64,000 nt of DNA from Spironucleus salmonicida (GCF_000497125.1 NC_090597.1:321797-385796), one strand, 5' to 3'; positions 1 to 14,190 are shown, numbered from the stretch's first letter. The notes: generated by a model not told the origin, from the letters alone. Program-made: numbers and translations.

Positions 1-1863
1 TGGGTTCAAGCCAGCCTTTGCATTAGCAACTCGTGGAAAAAAATGAGTTTGCACATCTACCTTAAGAGTTGCATACAGTACCTGAGTCGACACAACTTGT
101 AGAGAAACACTCAGCTCCGACCTTGCTAAACTTATTTGCACAGGATTCGCATTGTGAGCCGGAATATCCAGTGGAGCAGACGCATTTGTTCTTGGTGCAA
201 TTTCCGTGATTGTTGCAAATGATATTATCTTTTAGGCAAACGTCTGAGACGCATGTGCCGCTTACCAGAGTGAAGTCATTAGCGCAAGTTCCCGTTTTGC
301 ACTTTTATGCTGAATCTTGGCTACCGGAGCAAGCACAGGTGTTATCTTTGCAGGTCCCGTTCCCGCCGCAAATTAATTTATCGTCGCCAATGCATGCATT
401 TGTTATACATTTTTAATCTACCAAAGTGAAGCCCGTGAGACAATTGGTGCAGTCATTGTCGAAGTTTTCTTTGCACTTACAGGCTTTCGTAGTTAAATCG
501 CAGGTCCCGTTGTTGGCACAAATTACATCGTCCTTGAGGCACTGGGTGGCCGTGCAAACGTTCTTATCGCCAATTTTTACCATCTGTAGACCGTCTTCGC
601 AGGCGCCACATTTAGGCTAAAAGCCAGGACCGCACTTGCAGGCGTCATTCGTGCAGGTCCCGTTTCCGCTGCAAATCACACCAGAGTCAACACAAGCAGT
701 GGCAACGCAGTCTTCATTTATCAACTCTTTCCCTGCAGCACACGCGGAGCACTATTGTGCGGGATCCAAATTATTTCTGCACCTGCATTTATTTGAAGAG
801 CAGGTCCCCTTGTTGCTGCAAGTTGTTCTACCTGAAACGCAAGGGGTAGGGACACAAATTCCATCCAATAACGTGTTATTTGCCATACATTTAGAGCACT
901 GGTTCTAAGGATCAAAATTTTTGTGCACCAGCATTTATTTCCAGAGCAGGTACCATTACCGTTACAAATATTTTTCCCCGTTATACAAGAATTAGATACA
1001 CAAACTCCGTCAATAACGCTTAAACCGTCTTAACATGACGTACACTTAGTTTTTGGATCAAACTTTTTTTAACACTAACATTTATTTCCAGAGCAGGCCC
1101 CTATGTTGTTGCATATTGTTTTATTTACGACACAACCAGCCACCTTACAGGTCTTGACGCCGTCTTAGTCTATTTCAGCATAGCCTTCCACACATTCAGA
1201 GCACTATTTTGCCGGATCATACTTTTCTCTGCAGATACATTTTTTGTTTGCATCGCAGTGCCCGTCGTTATTGCAGACCTTTTCGCCGTTTACGCAGTTG
1301 TTGTTGATACAATAGTTAGCTAATTTCGTATACTCGGTATCGCAATTTTAGCATTAGCTGGCACTGTCATAGCCCTCAAAACATTGGCAAGTTCCCTTAT
1401 CGCAGGATCCTATATTGGCGCAAATCCTGCCATCGGCGCTAAGACAGCTCGCCTTTGTGCATCGTTATTTTCCTTAAATTTCGACAATTATATCACCTTC
1501 AGCGCATTGTGAGCATTTTGATGCAGGGTCAAAATTGTTGGCGCAGGAGCAAACACTATTAGTACAGCTTCCGTTGTCAGAGCAGATTTTTCCATCAATA
1601 AGGCATCCCGCGTACGAGCATACCTCATCCACTGGTTCTAGGCCATTCGCACAAGCTGAACACTTTTAAGCTGGATCTAAATTTTTGTCACAGTAGCAAG
1701 ACGTTTTACCGGCCTTGTTTGTAAGGCAAAGTCCCTATTCTGAGCATACCTTCTTATTAGAATCTATACATACGTCAGAATAGCATTCTTTGTATCCTTC
1801 TCTGTCTACAGCTTATACATAACCTGTTGGACATAATGAAGTCATTTTACTAAGTTGTGTCAT
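1..1863 (-). CDS. Cysteine-rich protein with EGF/tenascin-like repeats (3' end outside the window)
   Basis: Code-6 translation from ATG 1863 (or 1845): MTSLCPTGYVQAVDREGYKECYSDVC..., with repeated units such as ICSDNGSCTNSVCSCANNFDPASKCSQC. Frame not checked base by base to position 1. Confidence 0.85.
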
Positions 1864-2542
1864 ACAGATATGGTAAAGTTGTATAATATTAGTAAATAGA
1901 GAAACTTATTGTTAGATATATAGTTATATTATATAGAAATAAAGTATTATTAATATCAAAAACAGGGTATTTCATCAATTATGTATATTTGTATATAATA
2001 TGTTAATAATTTTCTTGCATACAATTTTAATGTGAAATCTAAAATATATGATTGACCTTCTATTATATTAATGAATTAGAAATTCATTTTTACTATGATC
2101 TAGTATGTCATATCTAATAATTCGTATAGTTCTTCGTTAACAATCCACATTACATATTTTTTAAAATGTTCAATATTAATCAGACTACTGCCATAAATTC
2201 ATTCAATTTTCTAGAAATAGAGTAACTTTAAATGAACTAAGGTAACATTAATATTATTTCGTGCATCAATATCTATTTAATGTGATATTTTGTAGTAAAA
2301 ATAACCATATTCAATTTCTAATATATAAAAATCAGTATATTTAATTATACAATAATTCCGCCTTTTGAAGTTTAAGTATAGAAAGTAAAATATATTTTTC
2401 CTAAAATATTAAGTCTAAGCTTTAATAATACGATTAAATAAATGGATACTTGTATTGATGTAAATAACGATTTTTTAACATCACAGTGTAGTATTAGTAA
2501 TTCCTACTATGAGAAACCATAGAATATATAGTGAAGTAGTAA

Positions 2543-2684
2543 GTAACCCATACCAAAAACAGGAACCAGTACTCTCCAGTTTCAAAACCGCCAAAGTCAT
2601 TTTTATGACCGCGTTGCGACCAGAGCCATGACTTTCCGTTGTTTAAACCGAAACCGGCCGAGCCCTACTTTTGGTACGGGTTGC
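2543..2684 (-). ncRNA. Candidate structured ncRNA (142-nt rod-like hairpin)
   Basis: Nested stems on the minus strand: GCAACCCGUACCAAAA/UUUUGGUAUGGGUUAC, CCGGUUUC/GAAACUGG, AAAGUCAU/AUGACUUU, UGGUCGC/GCGGUCA. Most non-Watson-Crick pairs are G-U on the minus strand. GC-richer than its flanks. Confidence 0.5.
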
Positions 2685-3299
2685 GTAATACTGCATAGTT
2701 CAAAAGTTCTGATGAAATTATAAAAGATTAAGGTGACTATAATCCTCACAAAGCAAGAGTTTTATAATGATTTTCTATACGCTCTATAAAATTAATTTAA
2801 AGTATTTCTTTACGGATTTTCGTGTCTAAATCAAAAGCTTTATCACGTTAATACGCACAATTTTTAAGCATAACATTTAGTATTATTATTAAACATAACC
2901 ACAAAGCATTTGAAATCTAAGTAGTAATATTGTGATTTTATTATAAAATTAGTCAGCTTCTACGCTTAAACTAATCACCCATATCCTTTTCATGCATTTA
3001 GTTGAATGATTCAAATAACACATTTGGTGCATAAATAACTAGGCGTGGTACAGTAGCCGCTATCTCTCCTCTGGCCGCTCTTTTTACCATGCCATTCTCA
3101 AAATGTTGACTTACCAGACCTAGGTTCCCGATATTATATTTAATATTATAGTCATCGCGAGGAGAAATGAAGTTATGCAGCAGCTCGGGCCCGCTCGACC
3201 GCCTCCCAGCATCCGTAAGCAGCACCCGGCTCGTTGCGTCGAGCCATGCTTTAGTCCGCTATCTATATAATCTTATGAGTAGAAAATGCTCCGCCCGGC

Positions 3300-4459
3300 T
3301 CAGTAGCTGAACGAGGCGGCGCGCTTCAGCCCCACTTTCGCCGCCATGCCGGCCCTGATCTTGACGAAAATCGTCACATGGGCCTGCCTGTTGTGCCACC
3401 TCAGAAACGGTACCGCGCGCAGCACATTGTTGAACACCAGCACGCCCAGGACGGTCACGACGAAGCCCGCGCACTTTAGCGGCGTGTACCTAGCCGACAC
3501 GGACTCGTAGCCGAACGAGGTGAGGAATATCCAGTTTGTGATGGACTTCAGTGTATTGAACGTAGAGCTGCTCGCTGCCGAGGTTCGGTTCGTGATTTCG
3601 GCGGCAGCGGCGTTGAGGAGGAGCGCGAAAACAGCGTACAGCGCGTGCATCAAGCCCTGCGTCGGCGATGAGCTCACCTGGTAGAGCCAGCCCCGCGAGT
3701 CTTCGAAGGGCGACTGCGGCGTGGTGGTCGAAAACGGGTTGACGACGACGTTCAGCACCGGGAGCAGGATCGCGCACAGCAGCACACCCCAGCCGCCCTG
3801 GTTACCGATCACCACCAGGCCGCTCGTCTGGACTCGCCGCAGGATCATCTCCTGCAACACGTAGTAGCTGGCCGACAGGAAGCAGCCCACGGCGGTGTAG
3901 AGCACGCCGAGGATGGCTTTCAGCGGAAAGTCAGACTAGTCGTTGGCCAGGTCCTCGCCGAGCGAAACTAGGACCCGCCTGCGAGTATAGCCAGCAACCC
4001 AAGACACTGGGGCAGGTCAAAATTGCGCGTGTAGTCCTTGAAGATCGGTAGCGATATGAGCGCAACGAAAATGGGTGTTAGCCTCCCCACTATGTTGTAT
4101 ACCTCAATGTTGGAGTAGAACTTCCCCAGATGAAAGATGGAGGATGCGATAAAATCGATGGCGGCCGGAATAATGAAATAGAGCGTGTGCCTCAGAAATT
4201 TGAAGTAAACCTTCGTCTCCTGCAGGGCGGGCTGCGGGGTCTTAAGCTGCCTCTTAACGAACTCGACCACCGCAAATACAGCGAGGCTCAGAAACTCCCC
4301 GATGAACATGAAGAGGACCAGCATGTATGGGTGGTTAAACGACTCACCTTCGCAGGTGGGGCACGTAGGCAGGACCTGCGACATGATCGTGTGCTGGAGC
4401 ACTTAGCAGGCAGATGAGGAAAGCAGAGACAGTGCTACTAATACGTAGATAAGCGGCAT
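3300..4459 (-). CDS. Multi-pass membrane transporter, SLC35F/nucleotide-sugar transporter (DMT) -like; one frameshift near 3975
   Basis: MPLIYVLVALSLLSSSACQ(TAA)VLQH...FNHPYMLVLFMFIGEFLSL...FIIPAAIDF...YYVLQEMIL...ending TGA at 3300-3302. About 10 hydrophobic segments. The two halves are offset by one base in a G run (GGCGGGTCC on the minus strand). Confidence 0.8.
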
Positions 4460-4951
4460 GCTTTTATGCGCTAAGGGGCCGAGCATCCTCTGAATACTAT
4501 TTTTGCAAGTTGCTGATTATTATGTTATATACTGCCTATCATACCATACCTAATATCCCTTATTCAATATATAGAGAACAATGTTAATTGCCAACTATAC
4601 AATTTTCCATGGGGTATTACTATACTGAAATAGAACTGAAAATTTTCTGGAACGAAATTTGTTTCGTATTGGTAGGAAAACTAAGTAAACGCAGAATTCT
4701 ATTTTGGACGTGGTTGGGAAAATCAAACCATACCTTCATTTACCAAGCTAGCACCTAGCTTGATGGCACCTGTTCTATCGCTTCGGCTCTGCTAAAAATA
4801 GAATAAACCCGCGCTTTATGTTTAGGCACGAATACCTCAGAATTTGGTAAACCACCTCTCTGCGCAATCCACAACTAAAGGTGCTATCTAGAGATCTTCA
4901 CATTCCTTTGGAATTATAGCATTATTATATAATTTATAGCTAGTAAAATAA

Positions 4952-5482
4952 TCAATGAAAATTGCCGAAGCCGCCGTTGCAGCCGCCTCCTCCCATGCCA
5001 TTTGACATTCCCGGGTTCATTCCATGGCCCATTCCCATTCCCATGTTTCCGCATCCCATGCCCATGCCTGGATTTGGCATCATCGGCCCACAGCCCATTC
5101 CGTGCATACCGCCGCCGTTCTGCATAAGCCCTGGGTTGCCGTGGAGCATCATTACCTAGCCGGCAAAGTCTTGGCATGACATCCTTGTGGGGTGGTCCAT
5201 ACGGCACTTGAAGCAGTACATGTAGACACCATAGCGGCTATGCATCTCCATGTTGCTAAAATACTGTTTGAACTGAGGGTTGTTTTTGTATTGTTGTACG
5301 ATCGGGAACACATCCATGCACTGGCCCTGGGGGTAACCCATTCCCATCTATTGCCCCATGCCCATACCCATAGGATGCCTCATGCCAATTTGCTAGTTCA
5401 TGCCCATATTTCCCATATGAAGGCCGGCGCCTCCGCTTACATGCGTAGAGCTTGTTACCATACCAGAACCTTCGCCTCCCAT
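4952..5482 (-). CDS. 176-aa Gly/Met/Pro/Asn-rich low-complexity protein with a central C-x2-C-x3-H-x5-C motif
   Basis: Single open frame in code 6 (three TAG read as Gln) from AAAATG to TGA, 531 nt. Core sequence YMYCFKCRMDHPTRMSCQDF, flanked by MGMG/NPGM repeats. Confidence 0.85.
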
Positions 5483-5763
5483 TTTGGGAAACTGCTGTCC
5501 ACGCAAATAGTTACCCTATTATATTTAGTAAAATAGTAAGTTTCTACTTTTTTTGATTTTCACTGTAATATATGTTACCCGAATTACATTACTTTTAAAA
5601 TTAAAGACTAAATAATACAATGCTGTTTGTATATAAATTACAAGAGATGAATATATTATAAGGTGACATCTATCGTGTAATTATAGTATAATTAGCTATA
5701 CTTTAAAAAATCCACATCAACAAGAATTTATTATTATATATTGATACATTATCCTACTAGTAA

Positions 5764-7020
5764 ATGCAATTTAAATGTGACTGTATCCTTTAAAAATAGT
5801 GCAGCCTGATTGATTTTTAATAGCTATATATACGCTTAAGTAAAGTAGCGTATGGTTAGAAGTAAATCTATTCTTAATACCTATGAGTTGTTCTTTCGCT
5901 GTCGGATGCAGCATATGTTATTCATATTATCTCGACGAAATAAGAAAGCTACATCACTTTTACTTTCGACATTGGTAGCTTCTGCAATACTTACTGTACT
6001 CCAGATTTGGTGCACTGGGAAGACATTGCAAGGCGCTACCTCAAATTTATAATTTGGCATTATAACGTAAATATGTTAGTTATACAGATGCGTAGTCTTG
6101 TTAAAATTTCAAAAAACTATTTAGCAGTTAAATGTTCTCCAACATTTGCAATCAAGTAAGCAATGCAATATAACCTAACTTAGTGCCAGAGCAGCAATAT
6201 CTCGCTGTAGGAAACCTATGAGAGTCTAACTAAAGACGATATTTCTTCTAGCAGATTATGATTCTTCTTGCTCTACTAATAAGATAGATGCTCCTTACTA
6301 CCAACAATAATCGTAATTATGATTAATTATTGAACCGTTAAATTATAATTTATCAAATGTCGAATTTAACAATTTTAGCAGATAATGTTTCTATACTTTT
6401 CGTATTACATTTTTAAATATATGTAATTCGCAGTATGGAGTACTAAATATAACATTTTAATTGCTAAACTAGTTATTTAACGCAAGAGTAAGGGAACCCT
6501 ATATGCTAGGCCGCTACATTGAATTCTTCGTTTATGATCAGTGGTTACTACCGTTTTAGCTAATTTTAAATCGCATATGATTTAAATGAAGCACTTTCGC
6601 TCAACTTCACTATTTTTTCTAAATATACTTTTAATGAGAGGATCAGTAAAGTGCCCGAGTTTAAATTTATTCTCATTTTGAACGACAAAGAAAACGCTAT
6701 AAATTTATAAATATTTTCAACCACAGTAATTGATAGAACTTTATTTTATTAAGCACTACCTTGCGCCTATCAACTCTTAATGTCAATAGTAAGCACTCCT
6801 GAATTAGTACGGACCTTGAGTGGTTATGCTAGTCAGGCTTTACAATTATTGTTTGCACGTGCTCAGTTAGCAATACTAGCTAAGATGACTAAATACAAAA
6901 CGCAAGCATGGGATAATGAATCAATATTGATCTCTACTTAGGAATTAAAAATTAAATTGTTGATCCGCATTTTCCTAAATACTGTAAGTAATTATACCTA
7001 GCTACAAAATTATTTTATAT
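5764..7020 (+). pseudogene. Possible decayed gene of unknown function
   Basis: Protein-like segments (VVLSLSDAAYVIHIIS...DLVHWEDIARRYLKF; STPELVRTLSGYASQALQLLFARAQLAILAKM) separated by TGA stops and frame changes. No recognisable motif. Confidence 0.25.
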
Positions 7021-8785
7021 ATAAATATTTTACTCAAAATTATAATATCATAAAAATATATACATGTTCTCGAAAAATATTCTATACTTCTAAAACCTAG
7101 CTTTGATTAATTACAACTAGAATAGCTAATCAATGATAATTAAAAGATAATATGGCAATAATGTAATATATCTCGTTAACTTCTATAATCAGTCAAATCA
7201 GCGGTTGTAACCACAGATTAAAACTTGTCAATTTTCAAAATGTTACTGTACACTAAGGAAGAAGCAAAAAAGTATATTTTCAAAAGAATATTACTCGAAA
7301 TAGTCTAACGGGAGCTTGGCTGTGCTCAGCAACATTGGAATTTGAAACCTTAATGAGGGCTCACGGAATTAATGGCAGATACAAGTACAAGATGGGGTGT
7401 TAGAGTTGTTTCGTTAGACGGGTATTTATTGTAAAGGTAAAACAACCTCTTCACAGGAAAGAGTCAAATTACTGTTAGCACATTGTCATTCATTAGTTAC
7501 AAATGGAAATAGTGCAAACAATTATATAAAACTGGATATTATTCATTTTTATTCTATATATTATACAATAATATACAGTCAATAATAGAATGCATTAGAT
7601 TAATAAATAATTGCTGGTCAACCAATCTGAAATATACTATACTTTAGGCATAAATAATATGCATAATACGCTGCATCAAATTATATGTTCATTATAGTGT
7701 CTATAAAATATTGGACTATATTAATTTTACGATTCTTATTAATAGGAATATAGTTGTTAACTAATAAGATTAGCGTAATTTCTTGTAGCATGAAAATGGT
7801 AACAACTCATGATTTTTACGCTAATTATGGAAAGGCAAATAATGAAATGCAAGTTCCTTCTAAGATTCCGTTAGTTATGGATCATATGGCATGCTAAGCA
7901 ATGGAAGATATTATCTTACCTGCTTAGTAATACAGTTTGATATTTATGAATAACCAAGCTGAATTATATTGGTAGTAGTAGATGGTGTATTAATATTAAA
8001 TACATGGTTTACAATAACTAACATAAAGTACTCGTTTTGATAATCAAAGCCAATTTAGTGTATTGATTATGTGATCTGAGAATTCTGGCATAAGCTAATA
8101 TTTTATTGCTAGCATGCCCTGCTCCTAACAAAGTACCATCAGTGTCTACATGCACTAAAAGCTTAACAATAGGGAAACTGTATGCGATTACACTAAAACT
8201 ACTAAAATATCAATAAAATGTTGTAATTAGCAGCTATCTATTTAAGATACCTCTCAAAATAGAGTATTTCATATATGACCACTTTAAGATTATAACTTTA
8301 TATTTTAAAATATTAATACATATGGAATACAGTACTTTATATATTAATTATAGCCTTTCTGTTATCTTTAAATATTGATCTATCTGCATCTAACTTTAGG
8401 TTCACGTTACATACAAGTATAATTTTTAAATAAATCTTAATTGTGTATTTAAGTTAATTATTTTTTGATTCTCGCCATAAACTTTATTTACCCTAAATTA
8501 AAGTCTGTTATATTAAACTATTTCGGTTTCTAGATTCCATTTATCAAGTAAATATAAAGTTAAAATGTAATATTTATGTTTGTATATATTTATATATATA
8601 GGATTCACAATTATTGTTCTAAATATATATTTATAAATAGTAATATTAAGTTTACGAATTTATAATACTAACTCTACAATATCATATAACTGATATCTAA
8701 TTTTATTTTCATATTTATATTAAGTAACTAACTAATACTATAATTATTATTGAAGCACAATAGATATTTTTAGATAAACATGCTG

Positions 8786-8816
8786 ATTATTATTATTATT
8801 TTATTATTATTATTAT

Positions 8817-8849
<33 letters not shown>

Positions 8850-8886
8850 TATTTTTTTTTTTTTTTTTATTTTATTATTATTATTA

Positions 8887-8919
<33 letters not shown>

Positions 8920-8920
8920 A
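8786..8920 (+). repeat. (ATT)n / poly-T simple repeat
   Basis: Directly visible; lies about 130 bp upstream of the CRMP at 9054. Confidence 0.95.
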
Positions 8921-9053
8921 TATTTAATTTATATTTATTTCAAGACGACCCTAATTAGTGTCATTATTACTAATATAGATACTGAAAACGAGAAACTATT
9001 AATATGAAATTTAGCTTAAGTAAATTACACACGTCAAAAGCCACTCCACTATA

Positions 9054-10943
9054 ATGGCACAATTTATCTGCCCAGATAATCCTTGCCCAAGCGGTATGGT
9101 CTGCCCCAGTACAGCGCTCGGTACCACCAAGGCACAATGCGTAAAGTGCGGAGTATTTAATTGCGCTAAGTGCCTTCCCGATAATCCTGATATCTGCGTT
9201 TCCTGCATACAGGGAAGCATTTTAAAGGATGGATTTTGTCCCAGTTGCTCGCAAATGTGTGATGTTTGCGAAAGTGAGGTAGCCTGCAAAACTTGTAAGC
9301 AGGGAGCTTATCTTTCGGATCAAAAATGTGCATTTTGCCCTACTCGTTGCGGTTAATGCGACTCCTAGGGTGTTTGCTAAGCCTGCAAAGAAGGTTTCTT
9401 TTTAGATGCAAAAAAAGAATGTGAGTATTGTATGGATAATTGCAGTGTGTGTTTGGACAAAAAAACGTGCTAAACGTGCAAAATGGGATTTAGACTGTCT
9501 GGATCGCAGTGCGTTGCCTGCTCATCTGGATGTGATATCTGCACCGATGATAATACTTGCACAAAGTGTAATTAAGCATCGATTGCCGATAATAATTAAT
9601 GTATATCCTGTCCAAATAATTGCCTGACATGTAAAAAGCAAGGCCAGTGTGAGATATGTAAAGAAGGCCATTTTTTAGAAAATGGTGGATGTTCCCATGT
9701 GGTAAGCGTTGTCTTATCTGCGAATCTAAGAACAAATGTAAAGTCTGCTAGCCCCATTACAGTACATCAGCTGTCGTAGATAATGGTGATTGCACTTCTC
9801 TACATGCGATGATATTAATTAATGTGCAAAAAATTAATAATGTATAGATAGAAGTGGAGGATAGCATTGTCGTGTCTTAAGATAAAACTGTTCATCATGG
9901 ATATAGAACAAAGTGCATTTAGTGTGCACCGCATTTTAACCTTTTTGAAGGTTCCTGTGACCATTGCTCAGCCAACTGCGAGTACTGCGTCTCGAGCACA
10001 TATGCTCCAACTGCTTTGACTACCATTTGTGAATAACTAAAAAGTCTGCCAAACATGCTCAGGCGGGTGCCTGCACTGTATGAGCGAGAAGAAGTGCTAT
10101 GAATGCACCCCTGGCTATGAACTGCAGAAAGACGCATGCGTCAAAATTTTAGCTAACGAATGCTCGCCCTCCACCCCCTGCAAAAACGGAATGTTCTGCG
10201 AACACGTTAAAGGAGAAACGAAGTGCAAGGACTGTATGCTAGGATGCGACATTTGCACCAGCTCCCTAACCTGCAGCGCCTGCAAATCGAGCCTCATTTT
10301 CGAAAACGGCGCCTGCGTGGCGTGCCCCTTAAACTGCAAAACCTGCTCGGATTCGACGACCTGCACCGCCTGTTTGTACGACCTAGCGCTGTCCGAAAAC
10401 GGCAAATGCGTCAAGAACGAGTGCACGGTGCGCAATCAGTGCAAGAAAGCAGAATTTTGCGATATGGCGTCTTCTGGTAACACCTGCAAATCTTGTGCGC
10501 CAAATTGCGCGAATTGCGAAAGTTCAGAAAAGTGCAATTCCTGTCAAGAAGGCTTCTCTATAACGAAAGCGCCCAATGCGTTAAATCCAGTGCGCCGCCA
10601 ACAGGCCGTGCGGAACTGGCGAATTCTGCGACCCCAAGGGAGCTGCAAGTCCTGCAGTTCAAATTGCGCGGATTGCGAAAGTCAGAGAATTGCAATCCTG
10701 CATTAGCGGATTCGCTGCGAACGACAGCGAAAGTGCGTTTTGCAGAATAACAAAGCGGGCGGCGGCTACGTTATCGCTATAATTATCGCCGTTTTAATTG
10801 TGGTCGCGTGCGTTACGGGCGGTGCGATTTTCTTTATCGTGAAGAGGAAGAGAGATAGTGGAAGGGATTGCACAGAATGGCGACGAAGCGCGATGTTGCT
10901 GGTAGTTAGGATAAAGTTTCGGCGTTTTCCAGTGACTGAATGA
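9054..10943 (+). CDS. Cysteine-rich membrane protein (CXXC repeats, C-terminal TM); several frameshifts (pseudogene or assembly errors)
   Basis: MAQFICPDNPCPSGMVCP..., many CxxC, then TM YVIAIIIAVLIVVACVTGGAIFFIV and KRKR. Frame breaks near 9690 and between about 10570 and 10740. Confidence 0.85.
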
Positions 10944-12568
10944 GGTTAATTCGAGTAGTTGAAAATATCGTATAATAGGTTTAGTGGTAAGTAAGGTTTA
11001 GCAATTGGGGTTGTTAGAATGTATAAGATATTGGGCGTTAAATGATAGATTTATAATATTGTTAGATAACTAATATGGGCAGTAGCAAGTTGTAGATGAA
11101 AATATTTATAATTATTTTGGAAGGCGGGGTTTGAAGTAATAGATTGTGAGGAGTGGATTTAGAAGTTTAGGGGAAGTTTATGAGTGTGTGCTTCCTTTAC
11201 GTGAGCCACGTCTCACTGTTACTTTGATTTTAGCTGTTATTTAAGTTTTCAGTTAAAGTTGAAACAACGATGTAATGTATTTAGTCAGCAATAAGATACA
11301 AATATTCTCAATCTAAGAAATATTAATTAATTATGATTTTAGAGTGAGTGAAATCTCACATATTTTTCCATGAATACAATATAAATTATATGACTGATAT
11401 ACTTAGAAATTTAAAAAACAAATTCTTTCTTATAATGCAATATATACTATATATTGAAGGATATTTTCTTAATATGTTTGAACTTCTAGACATTAAATAA
11501 ATATCATACTTTTATTCTGCATCATAAATGAGCGGATATCATGTATGGACGTAAAACGGCATAAGATAACTTATGTGTGCAGTGTAAATCTCAACCAATA
11601 TTACTGGTAGGATAAGTTGGAAAAATGTCACATAATCTCTAAATTATGAGAACTAGTGTTAGCTGAAGCGATAATATTACAATATAATGGTTCGAAACAA
11701 AAAAATACGTGATCTTCTGAAAATTTAAATGTATAAAAGTCAGCTATTTTGGGTGAGCTATTTAAAATAATTGGATAAGATTGATATATATTATTTGCAT
11801 GAAGTTTATTTTAATAATATTTTGAGTACTGTACTTCACTGACTCTTTATTATAAGCTTATATTATCTTGCATTTTTTAATTAAATTTGTACTTATAAAT
11901 ACTAATATGCCAATATAAACCCTTTTACCGGCATAATAATTTTCAATAGTACTATGTAACTGACTACATATCACTAATTATCACTGTAACATGAATTTAT
12001 GATCCAATTTTGTGTTGCTACATTTCCTAATTTGCATTATATATTCTAAAACCCTGATTATGGATTCTATCAATTCAAGATGTGCATTCAATAATATTCT
12101 TATAAAATAGAGTAAGACTCTCAAACTTTAATATTTCAAAGTAATGAAAAATGTGATCACTAATTTTATATGATACTAAGAAACAAAAGATATAGGATAA
12201 ATACAAGTATTAGTATACGAAAGTAATTTTTAGTTTTTGGAGGTAACTATTAAATTACCTTGCACGGATATTAAACCACAAATGAATATATAATTAATAT
12301 CTACTTTATCCCCTTAAACGTTATTATTTATTAGAATCTTAGTGAAACTTGAAATAGTATCTAAAGGATAGCCATAATCCATTGGTAATAAATTTATATA
12401 AAAATTACTCTATCTTGTCACTTTAATATATACTTCTACATAACTCCGAGTAGGCTTCTTTGAAGCTTGCCTATAAACATCATAATAGTAATCGCTAGCA
12501 TATAAGAGAAGCTATCAAAGGCATATTATATAAAACAATACAGTTATTGGAAGATCATCATTTTAAAA

Positions 12569-14190
12569 ATGACCTCTAAACCATATTGTTCAGTGGGAAA
12601 CGATATCTGCTAGAAAGGCTATTTCTGCCCAGCAGAAGGTGTAATGCATGAGTAATGCTAAAGATGCTCAAGTGACATTAAGGTTGGCCAAGGATGCAAT
12701 TGTACAGCATTGACGAGTATTAGAAACTGCATGAAGTGCAGAGGTAAGCACTGCTCCGAATGTATACCTGGGTTCTTTACATAGCTTAATAAGTGCACAA
12801 GATGTAAAGAAGGATGCAAGACGTGCACCTCCTTGCGCAATTGCACTATGTGCGAGGATAACTACATATTTAACACCTCTAGTAAAATATGTACACCTAG
12901 ATGTATCACAAACGACGACTGTAGAAATATTTAAGGCCAGTACTGTGACTAGTAAACTCATATGTGCACACCCTGCGGTTCGTTCTGCTCAGCTTGTGTA
13001 TCATCTGATTTCTGCTATACCTGCACATCGACTTATCACACTCTAACCACCGCTGGTCTTTGCACCGCCGGGTGTACCTACCTTCAGGATGGTTAATACT
13101 GCAAAGATGGCAAGGCGGAGCCCTGCGCCGGAGGTATCGAATCAGCGTGCAAGTGTGGTTAGTATTAAAATTGTGCCACCTGCTCTTAGGACGGATACTG
13201 CACCTCTTGCCTAACAAATTATATGCAGGACATGTTTGGAGCCTGCTCTTAATGTGCATATGGCTACGAAATGAACGAGTCAATTTGCATTCCGATTCAG
13301 TTTACTCATTAAGCTTCTGGAGTATGCTCCTTAACTAGCTTAACATGCAGGGCCGGTTATTTCTGCCCAGCTAAAGATTACAATTTAGTGCAGTGTCTGC
13401 CCTGCAACAATAATATGGCCTACGGAGAATCATGCTACTGCTAAGACAGCATACCTACCAATAATTGTATTGAGTGTGCCGGTGGATAGTGTACCGGTCT
13501 TCTGTACGTGCATAACGACCATACGATGGCTGAAAATAATTGTCGTCCTGGATGCTAAATTTGTGATTACTACTAGAACTGTATTTAGTGTGACGAAACT
13601 CATTATATAGATTATTCAACTCTAATTTGTTATGAGAAATGCAATACTAATTAAGAATGCGCTGGACCAGAGCCAAGATACTGTGATCCAGATAGTATGA
13701 CATGCAGTAATGTTTGCTTGGTTGCTTGGCATGTGGTAACAAATATGAATGCTACAAATGCGACCCACTTCATTATGTCACCACTATAGCAGGATTTTGT
13801 GCCCCCAAATGTGATAATCTTCCAATAGGACATTACTGCAATAATGGTAAACCTGAGCCATGTGCTTAGGGAATAACATCTATGTGTAACTGTGGAACAT
13901 CATAAAATTGTGCCACTTGCAATTTTGAATGCAATACATGCGATTTATGTCTGACTAATGCAACAAATTATAATAATTAGTGCCTTACTAAGTTTGATTT
14001 AGACTAAATGTATCAGTAATCATAGCTTGTTGCCTAGAAAATAATGTTAAGTGATCCCTTAACTGCTAGAAACTACCTTGGACCAGCAGCTGCAGTTGTT
14101 ATTTTTACAGTCTGTATAGGTGTTGTATTGTATTTCGTTCAGAAAAGAGTCCGCAAGAACACCAAAGTTACTGCAACCGCAATTAACTGA
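12569..14190 (+). CDS. Cysteine-rich membrane protein; one frameshift near 13709
   Basis: MTSKPYCSVGNDICQKGYFCP..., CxxC and CxC motifs, TM PAAAVVIFTVCIGVVLYFV followed by QKRVRK, TGA at 14188-14190. Confidence 0.88.

Noticed and set aside
3180-3250. GC-rich stretch with GGCTCG/CGAGCC hairpin and CAG..GTAA..AGCA resembling SRP helix 8
   Set aside because: The stem under the tetraloop does not pair and no larger SRP fold is evident.
7790-8074. 94-codon code-6 ORF (MKMVTTHDFY...)
   Set aside because: No motif, and ORFs of this length are expected by chance with a single stop codon.
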